Source of the DNA: Candidatus Bathyarchaeota archaeon
Lineage (GTDB): Archaea; Thermoproteota; Bathyarchaeia; Bathyarchaeales; Bathycorpusculaceae
NCBI GenBank assembly: GCA_963707955.1
Contig: OY970176.1
Span: forward strand, 352,001 to 416,000
DNA: 64,000 nt
Direction: 5' to 3'
The position numbers and the translations under genes are program-made. This document shows positions 20,265 through 30,385 of the stretch, one piece after another (position 1 is the stretch's first letter; each line of letters opens with the position of its first letter). A model generated the notes under the pieces. It did not search any database. It had not been told where the DNA came from and was given only the letters and a program-made list of their open reading frames with translations.

Positions 20265-20840
20265 GTGTTGAGCGAAGAACAGTTGAAGAAACGTCTGTTA
20301 CTCATAACAGGCAGTCCAGGCGTCGGCAAAACAACTCTTTTGCTGAAGGTTATTGAGGCCTTGAAAGCTAAGGGTTACAGGGTCGGAGGAATGATAAGCC
20401 GTGATGTTCGCATGTCTGGAAGTCGCGTCGGTTTCGAGGTAACGGACTTGAACAGTAACAAGAAGGGTTGGCTAGCGAGCGTGCACCAAGAACGGGGCCC
20501 GCAAGTTGGAAAATACCGCGTTGACATTGATGACCTGAATGAGGTAGGTGTGAAAGCTATACTGGAAGCTTGTGAAAAACTTGACGTTGTCGTCATTGAC
20601 GAGATTGGACCAATGGAGCTCTTTTCAGAACAGTTCAGGGAAACTGTCAAAAAGGCTGTTGAAAGCAAGAGGCTCGTTGTTTCTACGATTCACCGGAAAA
20701 TGGGTAACGAGTTGATAGACAGTATAAAGAAAAGAGAAGACGCTAAAATACACATTCTCACTTACGTTAACAGGGAGCATGTGCTTGAAACAATCATTAG
20801 AGAGGCATTGGACTTTCTGTGGAAGGTTGATGCTGAATAA
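20265..20840 (+). CDS. Nucleoside-triphosphatase (THEP1/NTPase_1)
   Basis: GSPGVGKTT, RVGF, VGKY.V, IDEIGPME. Confidence 0.9.
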   Translation: MLSEEQLKKRLLLITGSPGVGKTTLLLKVIEALKAKGYRVGGMISRDVRMSGSRVGFEVTDLNSNKKGWLASVHQERGPQVGKYRVDIDDLNEVGVKAILEACEKLDVVVIDEIGPMELFSEQFRETVKKAVESKRLVVSTIHRKMGNELIDSIKKREDAKIHILTYVNREHVLETIIREALDFLWKVDAE

Positions 20841-20891
20841 AGGGTTATAACTTTGAAGCCAAAATAACTCTTGAAGAAGAGACTGGTTCTG

Positions 20892-21554
20892 ATGTTGGTA
20901 GCGGGCGTCGACGATGCAGGCCGTGGCGCCGTGATTGGCCCGTTGGTTATCGCAGGCGTTTTGGTCAAAGAAGAGGATTTGCCGAGGCTTAAAGAATTGG
21001 GTGTTAAGGATTCTAAGCTCTTGTCTCCGCACAGGAGAGAGGTGCTGGCACCTGAAATCAGAAAGATTGTTCAGAAATATGCTGTGCTGAAGCTTCAGCC
21101 AGAAGAGATAGATTTGGTTGTGAAGAGCGGCCGGAAGCTTCACAAGTTGAACTGGTTGGAAGCGCAAACCATGGCAAGGGTAATAGAGACACTTAAACCG
21201 GACAGGGTTTACGTCGATGCTTCTGACGTTTTGGAAGAGCGGTTTAAACAGCACATCCTAGAGTGTATGTCTTTCAGAGTTGACATTATCTCTGAACACA
21301 AGGCCGATCGAAACTACGTGGCGGTTTCAGCAGCTTCGATAATCGCTAAAGTCGAGAGGGACCGAGAAGTTGCAGAGCTCGCGCGGGTCTACGGAGATTT
21401 TGGATCGGGCTATCCCTCGGACCAAAGAACAATGAATTTTCTGAAACAGCTGGTGGAGAGAACGGGGGAGTACCCTGAATTCATAAGAAAGTCGTGGAAA
21501 CCTGCGAAGAAAGTCAAGGACGGAAGAGGTTCGCATCAGACGAAGCTTGCTTGA
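20892..21554 (+). CDS. rnhB: Ribonuclease HII
   Basis: AGVDDAGRG.VIGP, VKDSK, VSAASIIAKV, GSGYPSD. Confidence 0.95.
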   Translation: MLVAGVDDAGRGAVIGPLVIAGVLVKEEDLPRLKELGVKDSKLLSPHRREVLAPEIRKIVQKYAVLKLQPEEIDLVVKSGRKLHKLNWLEAQTMARVIETLKPDRVYVDASDVLEERFKQHILECMSFRVDIISEHKADRNYVAVSAASIIAKVERDREVAELARVYGDFGSGYPSDQRTMNFLKQLVERTGEYPEFIRKSWKPAKKVKDGRGSHQTKLA

Positions 21555-22497
21555 AGTTTGCAATTAGGTCTTCTGGACCCTTGATCCTGGAAAACTCTTC
21601 ACTGCTGATGCATTGAATATCCTTCTCTCGTACTCCTTGACTTTCAGTAATGAGAATAGGATGAGCCTTCACGATTCTGCTTACGCTTAGAATCTCGTCA
21701 ACTCTTCTATTCAGCTCCTGTTCCTTGTCGTTAGCGACTCCGCCTATTATCTGAACGTCTTCTTTCGGCACACTCAGTACGAAGTCAAAAGGCGCCTTCT
21801 TTACGGTTGTGACGTGCAGTGGAGCAAGCCTCTTTAGAATCATGTTCAGGAACTTGCTCTTGGCAAAAACACGTCTAGCGCTCGTCAAGATGTATTGTTT
21901 GCGTCGAGCGCTTGACTCTTGAAAGATGTCCACTGGCTTAGCCACTGGGATTCCGAGGGTCCATATCAGATTGTAAGCCGCGGATACGGAAGCCTTGGCT
22001 AGGCCCCTTTCATAGCCATAAACGGTTCTTCGCGACATACCCACCATGTCAGCCGTTTCCCCGACTGATAGGTCCATTTTCTGTCTCCTCTGCTTGAGTG
22101 CTTCTCCGTCGATTTCAACGTAGTAACCGCCAGGGCTGGCCTGAATCAACGGACGAACGTTGTGGAGCACAACGTTCTCGAAAGTTCTTGCCGTGACGGC
22201 GAGGATGTTATGTCTTCTGTAGATCGTGTCGTCCTCAAGAGGTTTTTCCCGTGCCTCCTCGCCAATCAGCAAGGAAGCGGCTGAGAAGTTTCTTGCTATT
22301 TCTCCGAGCTCTTGGGAGTCATTCAGAGACATATTCCCGATGTCATGCTGAATCTTGATGAAGATTAGACTCTTTTCTCTCCTTGCTGCGAAGTCGAAGC
22401 AGCTCGGACGAGATGTGCATGTTTGGGAGACGGTGAAACCAGCTTGTCGTAGAAGGGCTTCTGCAGTTTCTAAGTGCTCCCTTCCCCCATGAGCCAT
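21514..22497 (-). CDS. Archaeal HTH (cro/C1) transcriptional regulator, COG1395-like
   Basis: CFDFAAR, PGGYYVEIDG, HTH SRRTVYGYERG, APFD. Confidence 0.8.
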   Translation of the reverse strand: MAHGGREHLETAEALLRQAGFTVSQTCTSRPSCFDFAARREKSLIFIKIQHDIGNMSLNDSQELGEIARNFSAASLLIGEEAREKPLEDDTIYRRHNILAVTARTFENVVLHNVRPLIQASPGGYYVEIDGEALKQRRQKMDLSVGETADMVGMSRRTVYGYERGLAKASVSAAYNLIWTLGIPVAKPVDIFQESSARRKQYILTSARRVFAKSKFLNMILKRLAPLHVTTVKKAPFDFVLSVPKEDVQIIGGVANDKEQELNRRVDEILSVSRIVKAHPILITESQGVREKDIQCISSEEFSRIKGPEDLIANFKQASSDANLFRP

Positions 22498-22563
22498 ACA
22501 ACCGCCACGTTAAACATGAATTACATTGTGAGATATAAACAATGCTTGTCTTCTAGAACTCAG

Positions 22564-23259
22564 TTACACGTGAGCCACGATCATGGCATGCGCTTTGTCG
22601 TAAGGTTCCAGATGCACGACTTCTTCAACCTTGAAACCATGGTTCTCTAGGACCTTGACTTCGCGCTTGTAGACTTCAGCGGGCTCCTTTGTCACGTCTA
22701 TACTCTGCGCCTTCACTGCAAGCATCACCCATCCGGAGTCTTTGAGGAATTGGTCTGCGTTGTCTGCCAGAACCTTTGCTTGTTCAGGCTGGGCTATGTC
22801 GCAGTAGATGTCATCAACCTTTCCGCGTATGAACATCGCATATTTCTGGGGAAAACGAGCATCTTCAAGGATCGGCGACATGTTCATCCTGTAGGTGCAC
22901 ACGTTGTCAACCAGATCTCTTATAGATCGGGAGGCGAACTCTACGCAGTACATGTGGCCTTTTTCTCCGATGATGTCCGAAACGTGGCTCGCTGTTGTTC
23001 CCGAAGCAGCTCCCAGATAAAGAACCACATGCTTTGGTTTGACCGGAACCGTTTTCAAACCTTTCAGGATTGCTGCCGCCAACTTACTTCTAAACGCGTC
23101 CCAGAGTCTGTATTCGACACGTTCGCACCGTATCAGCCTTTCACCGTAGACGTTTCTTCCCGGTGCCAGGTTTCTAGTGGCTAGTCTTCGCGCGCCATCC
23201 TCAAGAGTCACATCATATACTTCGGCAAATTTCGGATGCGGTTTGACCTTAACGATCAC
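22564..23259 (-). CDS. flpA: Fibrillarin-like rRNA/tRNA 2'-O-methyltransferase
   Basis: VYGE, RSKLAA, VLYLGAASGTTASHVSD, DIAQP, LEPYDKAH; GTG start overlapping the nop5 stop. Confidence 0.95.
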   Translation of the reverse strand: MIVKVKPHPKFAEVYDVTLEDGARRLATRNLAPGRNVYGERLIRCERVEYRLWDAFRSKLAAAILKGLKTVPVKPKHVVLYLGAASGTTASHVSDIIGEKGHMYCVEFASRSIRDLVDNVCTYRMNMSPILEDARFPQKYAMFIRGKVDDIYCDIAQPEQAKVLADNADQFLKDSGWVMLAVKAQSIDVTKEPAEVYKREVKVLENHGFKVEEVVHLEPYDKAHAMIVAHV

Positions 23260-24481
23260 GCCTGTGTTTTCCCCATTTCTTCCTGTCTCTGGGCTTTTCA
23301 TGTCTAGGTCTGCTAACTGGCAACTGAGGCGGTTGATCATACTTCTGGTGGATCTCTTCGATTCGTCTGTCCATGTTGGCTTTCAGCTCTTTACCTATGG
23401 ACCTGCCTCCGAAGGCGTCTGCCCTGGCAGCTATGGCCAACTTTCCTGCGATGGCCCTAGCGATTTTCCCTCTCTGCCATTTCTTCGCGTCATGCAACAG
23501 CGTGTGCTGGAAAATTAACCCGTGCTTCGGCGGCCTCGTACCAGTTTTTAATGAGCGGAACAGGGCTTTCTCAGCGCCTAGGACCTGAATCGTGCTTGCC
23601 GGCCTCTTGGCCAGATTCATCAGGCCTCCTGATAACGCTATTAAGCGCGCCCCTAGAAGCGAGCCTACCAAGTATTTTGTGTTTGGTGCAACCTCTTCCA
23701 TGGTTGAGTCCAAGTAGGTTTCCAAATTTTGACGAATTTTGTACAGGTTCATAATGTTGCTGCACAATGCCTGAATCTGTTTTAAATCGGCATCGTCGAG
23801 GTCTGCGCCCATTGATTTTTCTGCAACCTTTGCTATCGCTTCGGCCTTTGATTTCGGAACTTCCTCGCCTTCAAGCCTGTCGATTGTGAAGTTGTCCTTG
23901 TTGCCCAGTTTGACCACGAGCCGCGCGTACGTCTCATGCTTGTCCAGCAGACGGTCCAGCTCGGGGAAGTGTATGCCGTACCATTCTCTCACCCTAGCCA
24001 TGAGCATGTTTATGGTCTTGTCCAACTCGTCCAAGCTTTGGATGGCTTGGGCAACGACGAGGTCTCTTTTCTCGACGGCTCCTTTGACCCGTAGCTTAGT
24101 GATTTCCATCGTGACGTTGTGGGTCCACAGGGCAAACTCGTCAGCGTCTTTGACGAACCCGGCTTTGACCGCAAACCTTTCAGGCTTGGACCGAAGAAGT
24201 TCCCCCGCGTCTGAAGGGTTCGACACTTCAACTTTGATCCCGAGTTTCTTTTGAACTTCGTCGGCAAGGTTTGCGTTTTCGAAGACGAAATCGTCGTAGC
24301 CTTTTTCCCTGAGCGCACTGATCAGGCTGGAGACCTCTTCAGTCATCTTTCCAGCTTCCATCTTAACGAGGGTTTTCGCTGCGCTCTGCGGGTTCTTTGG
24401 GAATAAGACTGTCGCTATAAGCTTGTTTTCCGCGTCGAAAGCCAGTGTTCCAAAGGAGCCCTCAACTATCGTCACTTTCAT
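23249..24481 (-). CDS. nop5: C/D box RNP protein Nop5 (Nop56/58)
   Basis: REWYG.HFPEL, PASTIQVLGAEKALF, PKHG.IFQH. Confidence 0.95.
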   Translation of the reverse strand: MKVTIVEGSFGTLAFDAENKLIATVLFPKNPQSAAKTLVKMEAGKMTEEVSSLISALREKGYDDFVFENANLADEVQKKLGIKVEVSNPSDAGELLRSKPERFAVKAGFVKDADEFALWTHNVTMEITKLRVKGAVEKRDLVVAQAIQSLDELDKTINMLMARVREWYGIHFPELDRLLDKHETYARLVVKLGNKDNFTIDRLEGEEVPKSKAEAIAKVAEKSMGADLDDADLKQIQALCSNIMNLYKIRQNLETYLDSTMEEVAPNTKYLVGSLLGARLIALSGGLMNLAKRPASTIQVLGAEKALFRSLKTGTRPPKHGLIFQHTLLHDAKKWQRGKIARAIAGKLAIAARADAFGGRSIGKELKANMDRRIEEIHQKYDQPPQLPVSRPRHEKPRDRKKWGKHRRDR

Positions 24482-24625
24482 TCGAATGCCTCAGCACTAC
24501 TATTGCAGAGGTTAGTGTTAATAAAAACTTACTGGGGTCAGGGAGTCCGCCGTTCCAAAGCGTCTCTTTAGTAGAACTAATATAATTGGTAGGCTTAATA
24601 AGGAGCTGGCCAAGGTGCAAAACGG

Positions 24626-25546
24626 GTGAAAGACGCTGGTTTGGGCGTTGATCTGGCGGGTTTGAGGCTTGCCAATCCGACCATGTTGGCCTCTGGGATT
24701 TTAGGTTACTCCGTTGAAACGCTGTCAAACATCGTTAAGGCCGGAGCGGGAGCGGTGGTGACTAAGTCAGTTTCAGCGAAGCCAAGGGAAGGTTACGCAA
24801 ACCCAACGGTTGTCCAAGCAGACTGCGGTTTGATCAACGCGGTTGGGCTTCCAAACCCTGGGATAGAGGAGTTTGCCAAGGAGATTCGCCGTGCGAAAGC
24901 CATCGCGAGTGTGCCTCTCGTCGTCAGCGTCTTCGGTTTTTCGGCTGAAGAGTACGCGTCAGTGGCAAGAAAAGCCGTCGGTGCAGGCGCGGATGGAGTG
25001 GAGCTTAACGTTTCATGTCCACACGTCAAGGACACGGGTTCGGAGATCGGTCAGGACCCGAAGATTCTAACTCAGGTCATTCGAAAGGTCAAGGCCTCCG
25101 TGGATAAACCTGTGCTCGTAAAGTTGTCGCCCAACGTCACGAGCATGTCAGACGTCGCAGGTGCCGCTGTGCGTGCTGGGGCGGATGCCTTGACGGTTAT
25201 GAACACGGTGAAAGCGATGGCCATAGACGTTGAAACAACGATGCCCGTCTTGGCGAACAGAGTAGGAGGCTTGTCAGGCGCAGCAGTGAAACCAATCGCG
25301 CTTAGGAACGTTTACGAAGTTTACGAGCAAGTCGATGTTCCAATAGTAGGCTGCGGAGGAATAACCAACTGGCGTGACGCGGTGGAATTCCTCTTAGCAG
25401 GGGCTTCAGCTGTTCAAATAGGCACGGCGATAGCCAATGAAGGGCTCGGAGTGTTCAGGGCAGTTACTCGCGGAATAGGTGTATACCTGAGAAAGAAAGG
25501 TTTGAGGAGCGTGAGTGAAATCGTTGGTCTGTCACACCGCAGCTAA
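24626..25546 (+). CDS. pyrD: Dihydroorotate dehydrogenase catalytic subunit
   Basis: LASG, VTKS, NAVGLPNPG, ELNVSCPH, KLSPN, GGLSG. Confidence 0.95.
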   Translation: MKDAGLGVDLAGLRLANPTMLASGILGYSVETLSNIVKAGAGAVVTKSVSAKPREGYANPTVVQADCGLINAVGLPNPGIEEFAKEIRRAKAIASVPLVVSVFGFSAEEYASVARKAVGAGADGVELNVSCPHVKDTGSEIGQDPKILTQVIRKVKASVDKPVLVKLSPNVTSMSDVAGAAVRAGADALTVMNTVKAMAIDVETTMPVLANRVGGLSGAAVKPIALRNVYEVYEQVDVPIVGCGGITNWRDAVEFLLAGASAVQIGTAIANEGLGVFRAVTRGIGVYLRKKGLRSVSEIVGLSHRS

Positions 25547-26348
25547 CCAGCTTAGGACCAAGCCCATCATCAACATAAGAGCAGAGAGCCCAACGGTCAA
25601 GACTTTTGTCTTCAAAGACGAACAGTGTGCAAGGGCCAAGGCGGGCCAATTCTTGATGCTGTGGATTCCCGGCGTGGATGAGATCCCGCTGAGCATCATG
25701 GATGCGAGAGAGGATGGAAGAGTCGCTGTTTCCGTCAAGGCTTTGGGTGAAGCCACTGTAGCGTTGCACCAGAAAAGAGTAGGCGAACCTGTCGGCGTGC
25801 GAGGCCCGTTTGGCAATAGCTTCACATTGAACGGACGCAAACCTCTCATAGTAGGCGGTGGGACGGGGATCGCGCCGCTCATGTTTTTGACCAGGAGGTT
25901 GATTTCAAAGGCAGTGAGCACGACGTTTGTGTTGGGGGCAAAGACAAGAGACGAATTGCTGTTCAGAAGCGAATTGGAAAAGCTTGGAGCGAAAAGGGTT
26001 CGTCTTGTGACGTCGACGGAGGACGGGAACTGCGGCCTCACGGGATTGTGCACTGAACCTTTAGAGCAGATGTTGGCTAGAGAAAGGTTTGACGTGATCT
26101 ACGTTTGTGGGCCCGAGCAGATGATACTGAAGGTTTTTGAGTTGGCTGAACAGCGCGGCGCAGAGATGCAGGCAAGCTTGGAACGCCTGATGCGATGCGC
26201 CATCGGCCTGTGTGGAAGCTGTGTGATCGGCAAGTACAGAGTCTGCGCGGACGGACCCGTGTTCACTTCAAAACAGCTTAGGCATGTTAGGAACGAGTTC
26301 GGTTTATCCAAGCGGGACCGATGCGGAAAAAAGGTGCCGCTCGACTGA
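25515..26348 (+). CDS. pyrK: Dihydroorotate dehydrogenase electron-transfer subunit
   Basis: GQFLM, RGPFG, GGGTGIAP, CGP, MRCAIGLCGSC...VCADGPVF. Confidence 0.93.
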   Translation: MKSLVCHTAANQLRTKPIINIRAESPTVKTFVFKDEQCARAKAGQFLMLWIPGVDEIPLSIMDAREDGRVAVSVKALGEATVALHQKRVGEPVGVRGPFGNSFTLNGRKPLIVGGGTGIAPLMFLTRRLISKAVSTTFVLGAKTRDELLFRSELEKLGAKRVRLVTSTEDGNCGLTGLCTEPLEQMLARERFDVIYVCGPEQMILKVFELAEQRGAEMQASLERLMRCAIGLCGSCVIGKYRVCADGPVFTSKQLRHVRNEFGLSKRDRCGKKVPLD

Positions 26349-26381
26349 GCCTGAGCGGTGTCGATACGAATTTGTGGAATA

Positions 26382-26543
26382 CGCTACATCCCTGTATTCG
26401 CGTTTTTCCCCTTCTATTCCACCCTCCCCCTCCCCCCTAGGGTACTAGTACTGCATGTAGCCATTGGGCAAGGCCCTACTGACTTGACGCGGGTCTCAAG
26501 CCAAGCGCGTATCGAGGTCTTGGGGCAGAGTCTCGGCAAGGGT
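26382..26543 (+). repeat. Dispersed ~160-bp repeat, copy B
   Basis: Inverted homolog of 9921-10077. Confidence 0.85.
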
Positions 26544-26626
26544 AGTGACTGTCAATGCGCTCAACCGTCACGCGTATTCTGGTTTCATCTGCCCCATTCA
26601 GAGCCTGTCAACTTGCCTGTCCCTTC

Positions 26627-26833
26627 TAGCGCGCATGCTTGTTCCTAAATTCCTAGATTCCGATCAAGAGGAAGGCATGACGTTTTTCGATGGTGACCGT
26701 CACGGTTCGGCTGGGTTCTTGCTTGCTCACACCCTCCCCCCCGGGTATCCTATATGATCCAAATATGATTGAAGAGCAAAATGAGCAGCACAAGCCACTT
26801 CCCAAAAGAATTCAGGAACACGCTAACGCGCGC
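26627..26833. mobile_element. MITE-like element related to the IS at 37078
   Basis: Left end TAGCGCGCATGCTTGTTCCTAAATTC is nearly identical to the IS left end; right end (rc) GCGCGCGTTAGCGTGTTCCTGAATTC. Confidence 0.65.
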
Positions 26834-26985
26834 ATTGGATAATCTGTTTCTCGACACTTTTTGCTGACAAGCCAGTTCAGCTTTTCAGTTTGTGGATGTT
26901 CAAACAGGTTTCCTACCCTTAGAAAGCCGGCGAGTCTACATTGAACAGCTGGATTACGTGCCGAGGCCGAAACGGGAGTTGATGC

Positions 26986-27165
26986 TTATTCCTTTACTTG
27001 CTTGTGTCTGGAAACACGCCAAGCATTGAGCCAAAGAAAAACAGCCCAGACAGACACTATTACCCAATTGATTACTGATAAGGACAGGAGGTTGAAAATC
27101 AAGAACGATAAGGACAAAGTTAAGAATATGCCGACAATGAAGGCAAAAGGACTGTCTTTCCTCAA
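26986..27165 (-). CDS. Small membrane protein (59 aa, 2 TM; missing from ORF track)
   Basis: TTG start after AGGGGT; MRKDSPFAFIVGIFLTLSLSFLIF...WVIVSVWAVFLWLNAWR. Confidence 0.5.
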   Translation of the reverse strand: MRKDSPFAFIVGIFLTLSLSFLIFNLLSLSVINWVIVSVWAVFLWLNAWRVSRHKQVKE

Positions 27166-27320
27166 TTTACCCCTAACGATAAGTACTTTCTGCTATCCTA
27201 TAAGCATTCGTTCACGGCTCGATAGCGCGCGCGGGGTCAGCCCTTCCTCAGGCGTTCACGCAAAACTTTTCAAACACTGACTGATTTGCACTGGACCTGC
27301 GAGTGCGAGCATGCGCAACG

Positions 27321-27590
27321 TCATTCTTCACCAGTTATTTCCAAGATCACTCTTCCCTTAGGGTCTGGGCATTCCACGTCGATAACCTTGGGTAGCCAAT
27401 CGTTGGGTTCATCTGTTTTTCTCTGCTTAGCTGGCAGCAGTGGAAGCAGGCTGGAGAGGGCATAAATGCAAAAGTGCTTGTTCTCTCCGGGGAAGCTCAG
27501 TTTTCCGCCTTCAAGTCTGAAGCAGTCTCCGACTTTATGCGTGTCGCACGAACCACCGATTGCTTTAACTCTGACGATTAGAGTTTTCAT
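27321..27590 (-). CDS. TIGR04076-like protein
   Basis: GSC..HKVGD.F, FCIYAL..LLP, ECPDP. Confidence 0.75.
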   Translation of the reverse strand: MKTLIVRVKAIGGSCDTHKVGDCFRLEGGKLSFPGENKHFCIYALSSLLPLLPAKQRKTDEPNDWLPKVIDVECPDPKGRVILEITGEE

Positions 27591-27695
27591 GACGGTTCCA
27601 AAATGGATAAAAACAGCTTTCAACTTAAAGGTTTCTCACATAGAGTTTACCAACATCGTGTTGAACTTTCGTGGATGGAGACGTAGTTTTTCCAG

Positions 27696-28169
27696 ATGAA
27701 GAGAATATTGGTTAACGTTGACCGATGCTCTGGATGCAGAATGTGCGAATTAGCATGCTCGTTCAAACATGAAAAAGGGTTCAGGCCTTCCGCGTCGAGG
27801 ATAACCGTTTTGAAAGAGGACGGTTTAGGCTTCGACCTACCAGTCATGTGCTGGCACTGTAACCACTGCAAGCCAGCAGAAAGCTGCCCCGCAAACGCAT
27901 TGCAAAGAAACGCAGAAGGACTCATCTGCGTAGACGAAGAGAAGTGCACTGGCTGCGGTAACTGCGTTGAATTATGCCCTTCGGGCGCGATTAAACTTCA
28001 TCCCAATAAGCATATTCCTTTGCTATGCGACCAGTGCGGCGGAAGGCCGTTGTGTGTCGAAAAGTGCCCCACAAAAGCGTTAACGTACGCGGAAACGGAA
28101 AGACAGCAGCCTAAATCGTCGAACAGGGTTCTTGAAGAAACGTCTAGAAGGTGGAGGGTCACTGGGTAA
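27696..28169 (+). CDS. 4Fe-4S dicluster ferredoxin (AOR-associated)
   Basis: CSGCRMCELAC, CWHC, CTGCGNCVELCP, CDQC...CVEKCP. Confidence 0.9.
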   Translation: MKRILVNVDRCSGCRMCELACSFKHEKGFRPSASRITVLKEDGLGFDLPVMCWHCNHCKPAESCPANALQRNAEGLICVDEEKCTGCGNCVELCPSGAIKLHPNKHIPLLCDQCGGRPLCVEKCPTKALTYAETERQQPKSSNRVLEETSRRWRVTG

Positions 28170-30099
28170 GTATTTTGGCTACGCTGGCAGAATTCTCAGA
28201 GTAAACCTTACAAAGAACAAGGTTAGCATCAAGCCCACCGAAAAAAGATTGATAATGGAGTTTCTCGGTGGAAGAGGCTTCAACTCGAGGAGGCTCTACG
28301 AAGAAGTTCCCAAAGACGTCACTCCACTCTCCTCTGAGAACAAGCTCATGTTTGCGACGGGTCCTCTTGTCGGCACGGCTTTCCCTTTAGGAGCAAGATT
28401 CAACGTCAGCGCGAAGTCTCCGCTCACAGGAATACTGGGAGACTCAAATGCTGGAGGCCATTTTGCAGCGGAAATCAAGTTCGCCGGGTACGATCAGATA
28501 ATAGTTGAGGGAAGAAGCCCGAAGCCCTGCTACGTTTTCGTCCAAGACCAAGAAGTCAAAATCAAAGACGCAGAACATCTCGTGGGAAAAGACGTTTACG
28601 AAGCAACCGAAACCATAAGAAAAGATCTAGCGGACCGACACGTTCAAGTGGCAACGGTTGGTCCAGCAGCCGAAAACCTTGTCCTCTACGCGGGAATATT
28701 TGCTAATTTTGTTAGGCCGGCTGCCAGGACTGGAATGGGCACGGTTATGGCTTCCAAGAACCTGAAGGCCATAGCGCTGAGGGGAACGGGCAGCATCAAC
28801 ATCGCTGACTCCAATGCTTTCTGGAAAATCGTTGAAGAAGTGGAAAGAGAGACCTACGCTCATCCGCAGTACTGGCCGCGCAGAGAGATGGGAACGACCA
28901 GAATTCTAAGCCTCGCCGACAAGCTTGGGTTTCTGCCCACGAGACACTTCACCTCAGCCACTTTCGAGCACGCAGCCGAGGTGAGTGGTGAAAGATTGGC
29001 AAGAGAATACAACGTGAAGAACCGGGCATGCTTCTCATGCATAGTTCCGTGCAGCAGGATCTACACGATAAGAGAAGGAGATTACGCTGGCCTTCACGGT
29101 GAAGGACCGGAGTACGAGGCCCTGAGCAGTTTCACTGCCAGAGTTGGAAACGCAAACCTGAACCTGGCGTTGAAGGCTGTTGACCTAACAAACAGGCTGG
29201 GCCTGGACGCGATAACAACCGCCGAATGCATCGCCTGGGCAATGGAGCTCTATGAAAGAGGGCAGTTGACGAAAAAGGAAACAGGCGGGCTTGAACTGAA
29301 ATGGGGTAACGAAGAGGCAATACTCGGGCTGATCGCAAAAATAGCTTACCGAGACGGGTTTGGAGACCTGCTTGCTGACGGAGTGAAGAAAGCAGCCGAA
29401 AAACTTGGAAAGGGAAAGGAAATAGCTTTTCACGTGAAGGGCCTAGAGCTCATTCAGGCTGACCCTCGAGGCTTGAAGGGTTACGGCTTAGGCTACGCGG
29501 TCTCAAGCAGGGGAGCAGACCATTTGAGGTCCGAGCCTTTCCTAGAGCTAAGCGACGACCCAGACAAAGGCTTGAAAATGTTCGGCGTCCGCGAAGCAAC
29601 TCAGAGGCTCGCCTACAGAGGAAAGGGCAAACTGATACGTTACTGCGAAAACTGGTGCGCAATAATAGACTCCTTGGAAATCTGCAAAAACCTGGCCGAA
29701 AACATGGAACTCCTGCCCCTGGACAGAGCAGCCGAGATAACGAAGGCCGCAACGGGCTTTCCCTTCACAGAAGACATGATGTATGAAATCGGAGAAAGAA
29801 TAGTCAACCTTGAAAGAGCCTATCTTATCCGAGAAGGAATCACGAGAAAAGACGACTACTTACCAGCAAGATTCTTGAACGAACCTCTACCCGACGGAAA
29901 CTCGAAAGGATCAGTGTTCGAGATGGAGCCCATGCTTGATGAATACTATATGGAAAGAGGATGGAACTCCAACGGAGTCCCGAAAACAGAAAAACTGAGA
30001 GAAACGCGCCTAGAATACGTAATCCAAGATTTGAAAAGAAGCGCCATTCGAACCACGAAGAAAAAGAAAGTTAAAAAGTATGTAGAGAAAAATTATTAA
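28132..30099 (+). CDS. aor: Aldehyde:ferredoxin oxidoreductase family (tungstopterin)
   Basis: GYAGRILRVNL, KSPLTG..DSNAGG, RTGMG.VM.SKNLKAI, CFSC.VPC, EGPEYE, RGADH, DEYY.ERGW; start possibly CTG at 28162. Confidence 0.9.
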   Translation: MKKRLEGGGSLGKYFGYAGRILRVNLTKNKVSIKPTEKRLIMEFLGGRGFNSRRLYEEVPKDVTPLSSENKLMFATGPLVGTAFPLGARFNVSAKSPLTGILGDSNAGGHFAAEIKFAGYDQIIVEGRSPKPCYVFVQDQEVKIKDAEHLVGKDVYEATETIRKDLADRHVQVATVGPAAENLVLYAGIFANFVRPAARTGMGTVMASKNLKAIALRGTGSINIADSNAFWKIVEEVERETYAHPQYWPRREMGTTRILSLADKLGFLPTRHFTSATFEHAAEVSGERLAREYNVKNRACFSCIVPCSRIYTIREGDYAGLHGEGPEYEALSSFTARVGNANLNLALKAVDLTNRLGLDAITTAECIAWAMELYERGQLTKKETGGLELKWGNEEAILGLIAKIAYRDGFGDLLADGVKKAAEKLGKGKEIAFHVKGLELIQADPRGLKGYGLGYAVSSRGADHLRSEPFLELSDDPDKGLKMFGVREATQRLAYRGKGKLIRYCENWCAIIDSLEICKNLAENMELLPLDRAAEITKAATGFPFTEDMMYEIGERIVNLERAYLIREGITRKDDYLPARFLNEPLPDGNSKGSVFEMEPMLDEYYMERGWNSNGVPKTEKLRETRLEYVIQDLKRSAIRTTKKKKVKKYVEKNY

Positions 30100-30111
30100 A
30101 AACGCGCGCCC

Positions 30112-30252
30112 CATGTCGGCAATCGCATTCAAGGTGCTAACTATCATTGCCCAGCGTGCAAGATTTGCGTCTGCTTCGGCTGCGGGTTGAAAATGATAAG
30201 CAAAGAAAACTATCCTCTCAAGTGCCCAAAGTGTGGCGCAAAACTTCAATAA
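30112..30252 (+). pseudogene. Start-less Cys-rich zinc-finger ORF fragment
   Basis: HVGNRIQGANYHCPACKICVCFGCG...LKCPKCGAKLQ*; no start codon upstream of the Cys motifs; bracketed by CG runs. Confidence 0.55.
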
Positions 30253-30385
30253 CAGCGCGCGCCTCGTGTCTCTTTGCTCAAAATGCGTCATCAAAAAATT
30301 ACCAAGCAAATCAATTTAGGAACGGATACGCACACGAACTGTTAGCGTCAAGGCTTACATAGTTCTTGTATGAACAGACAGGAAT

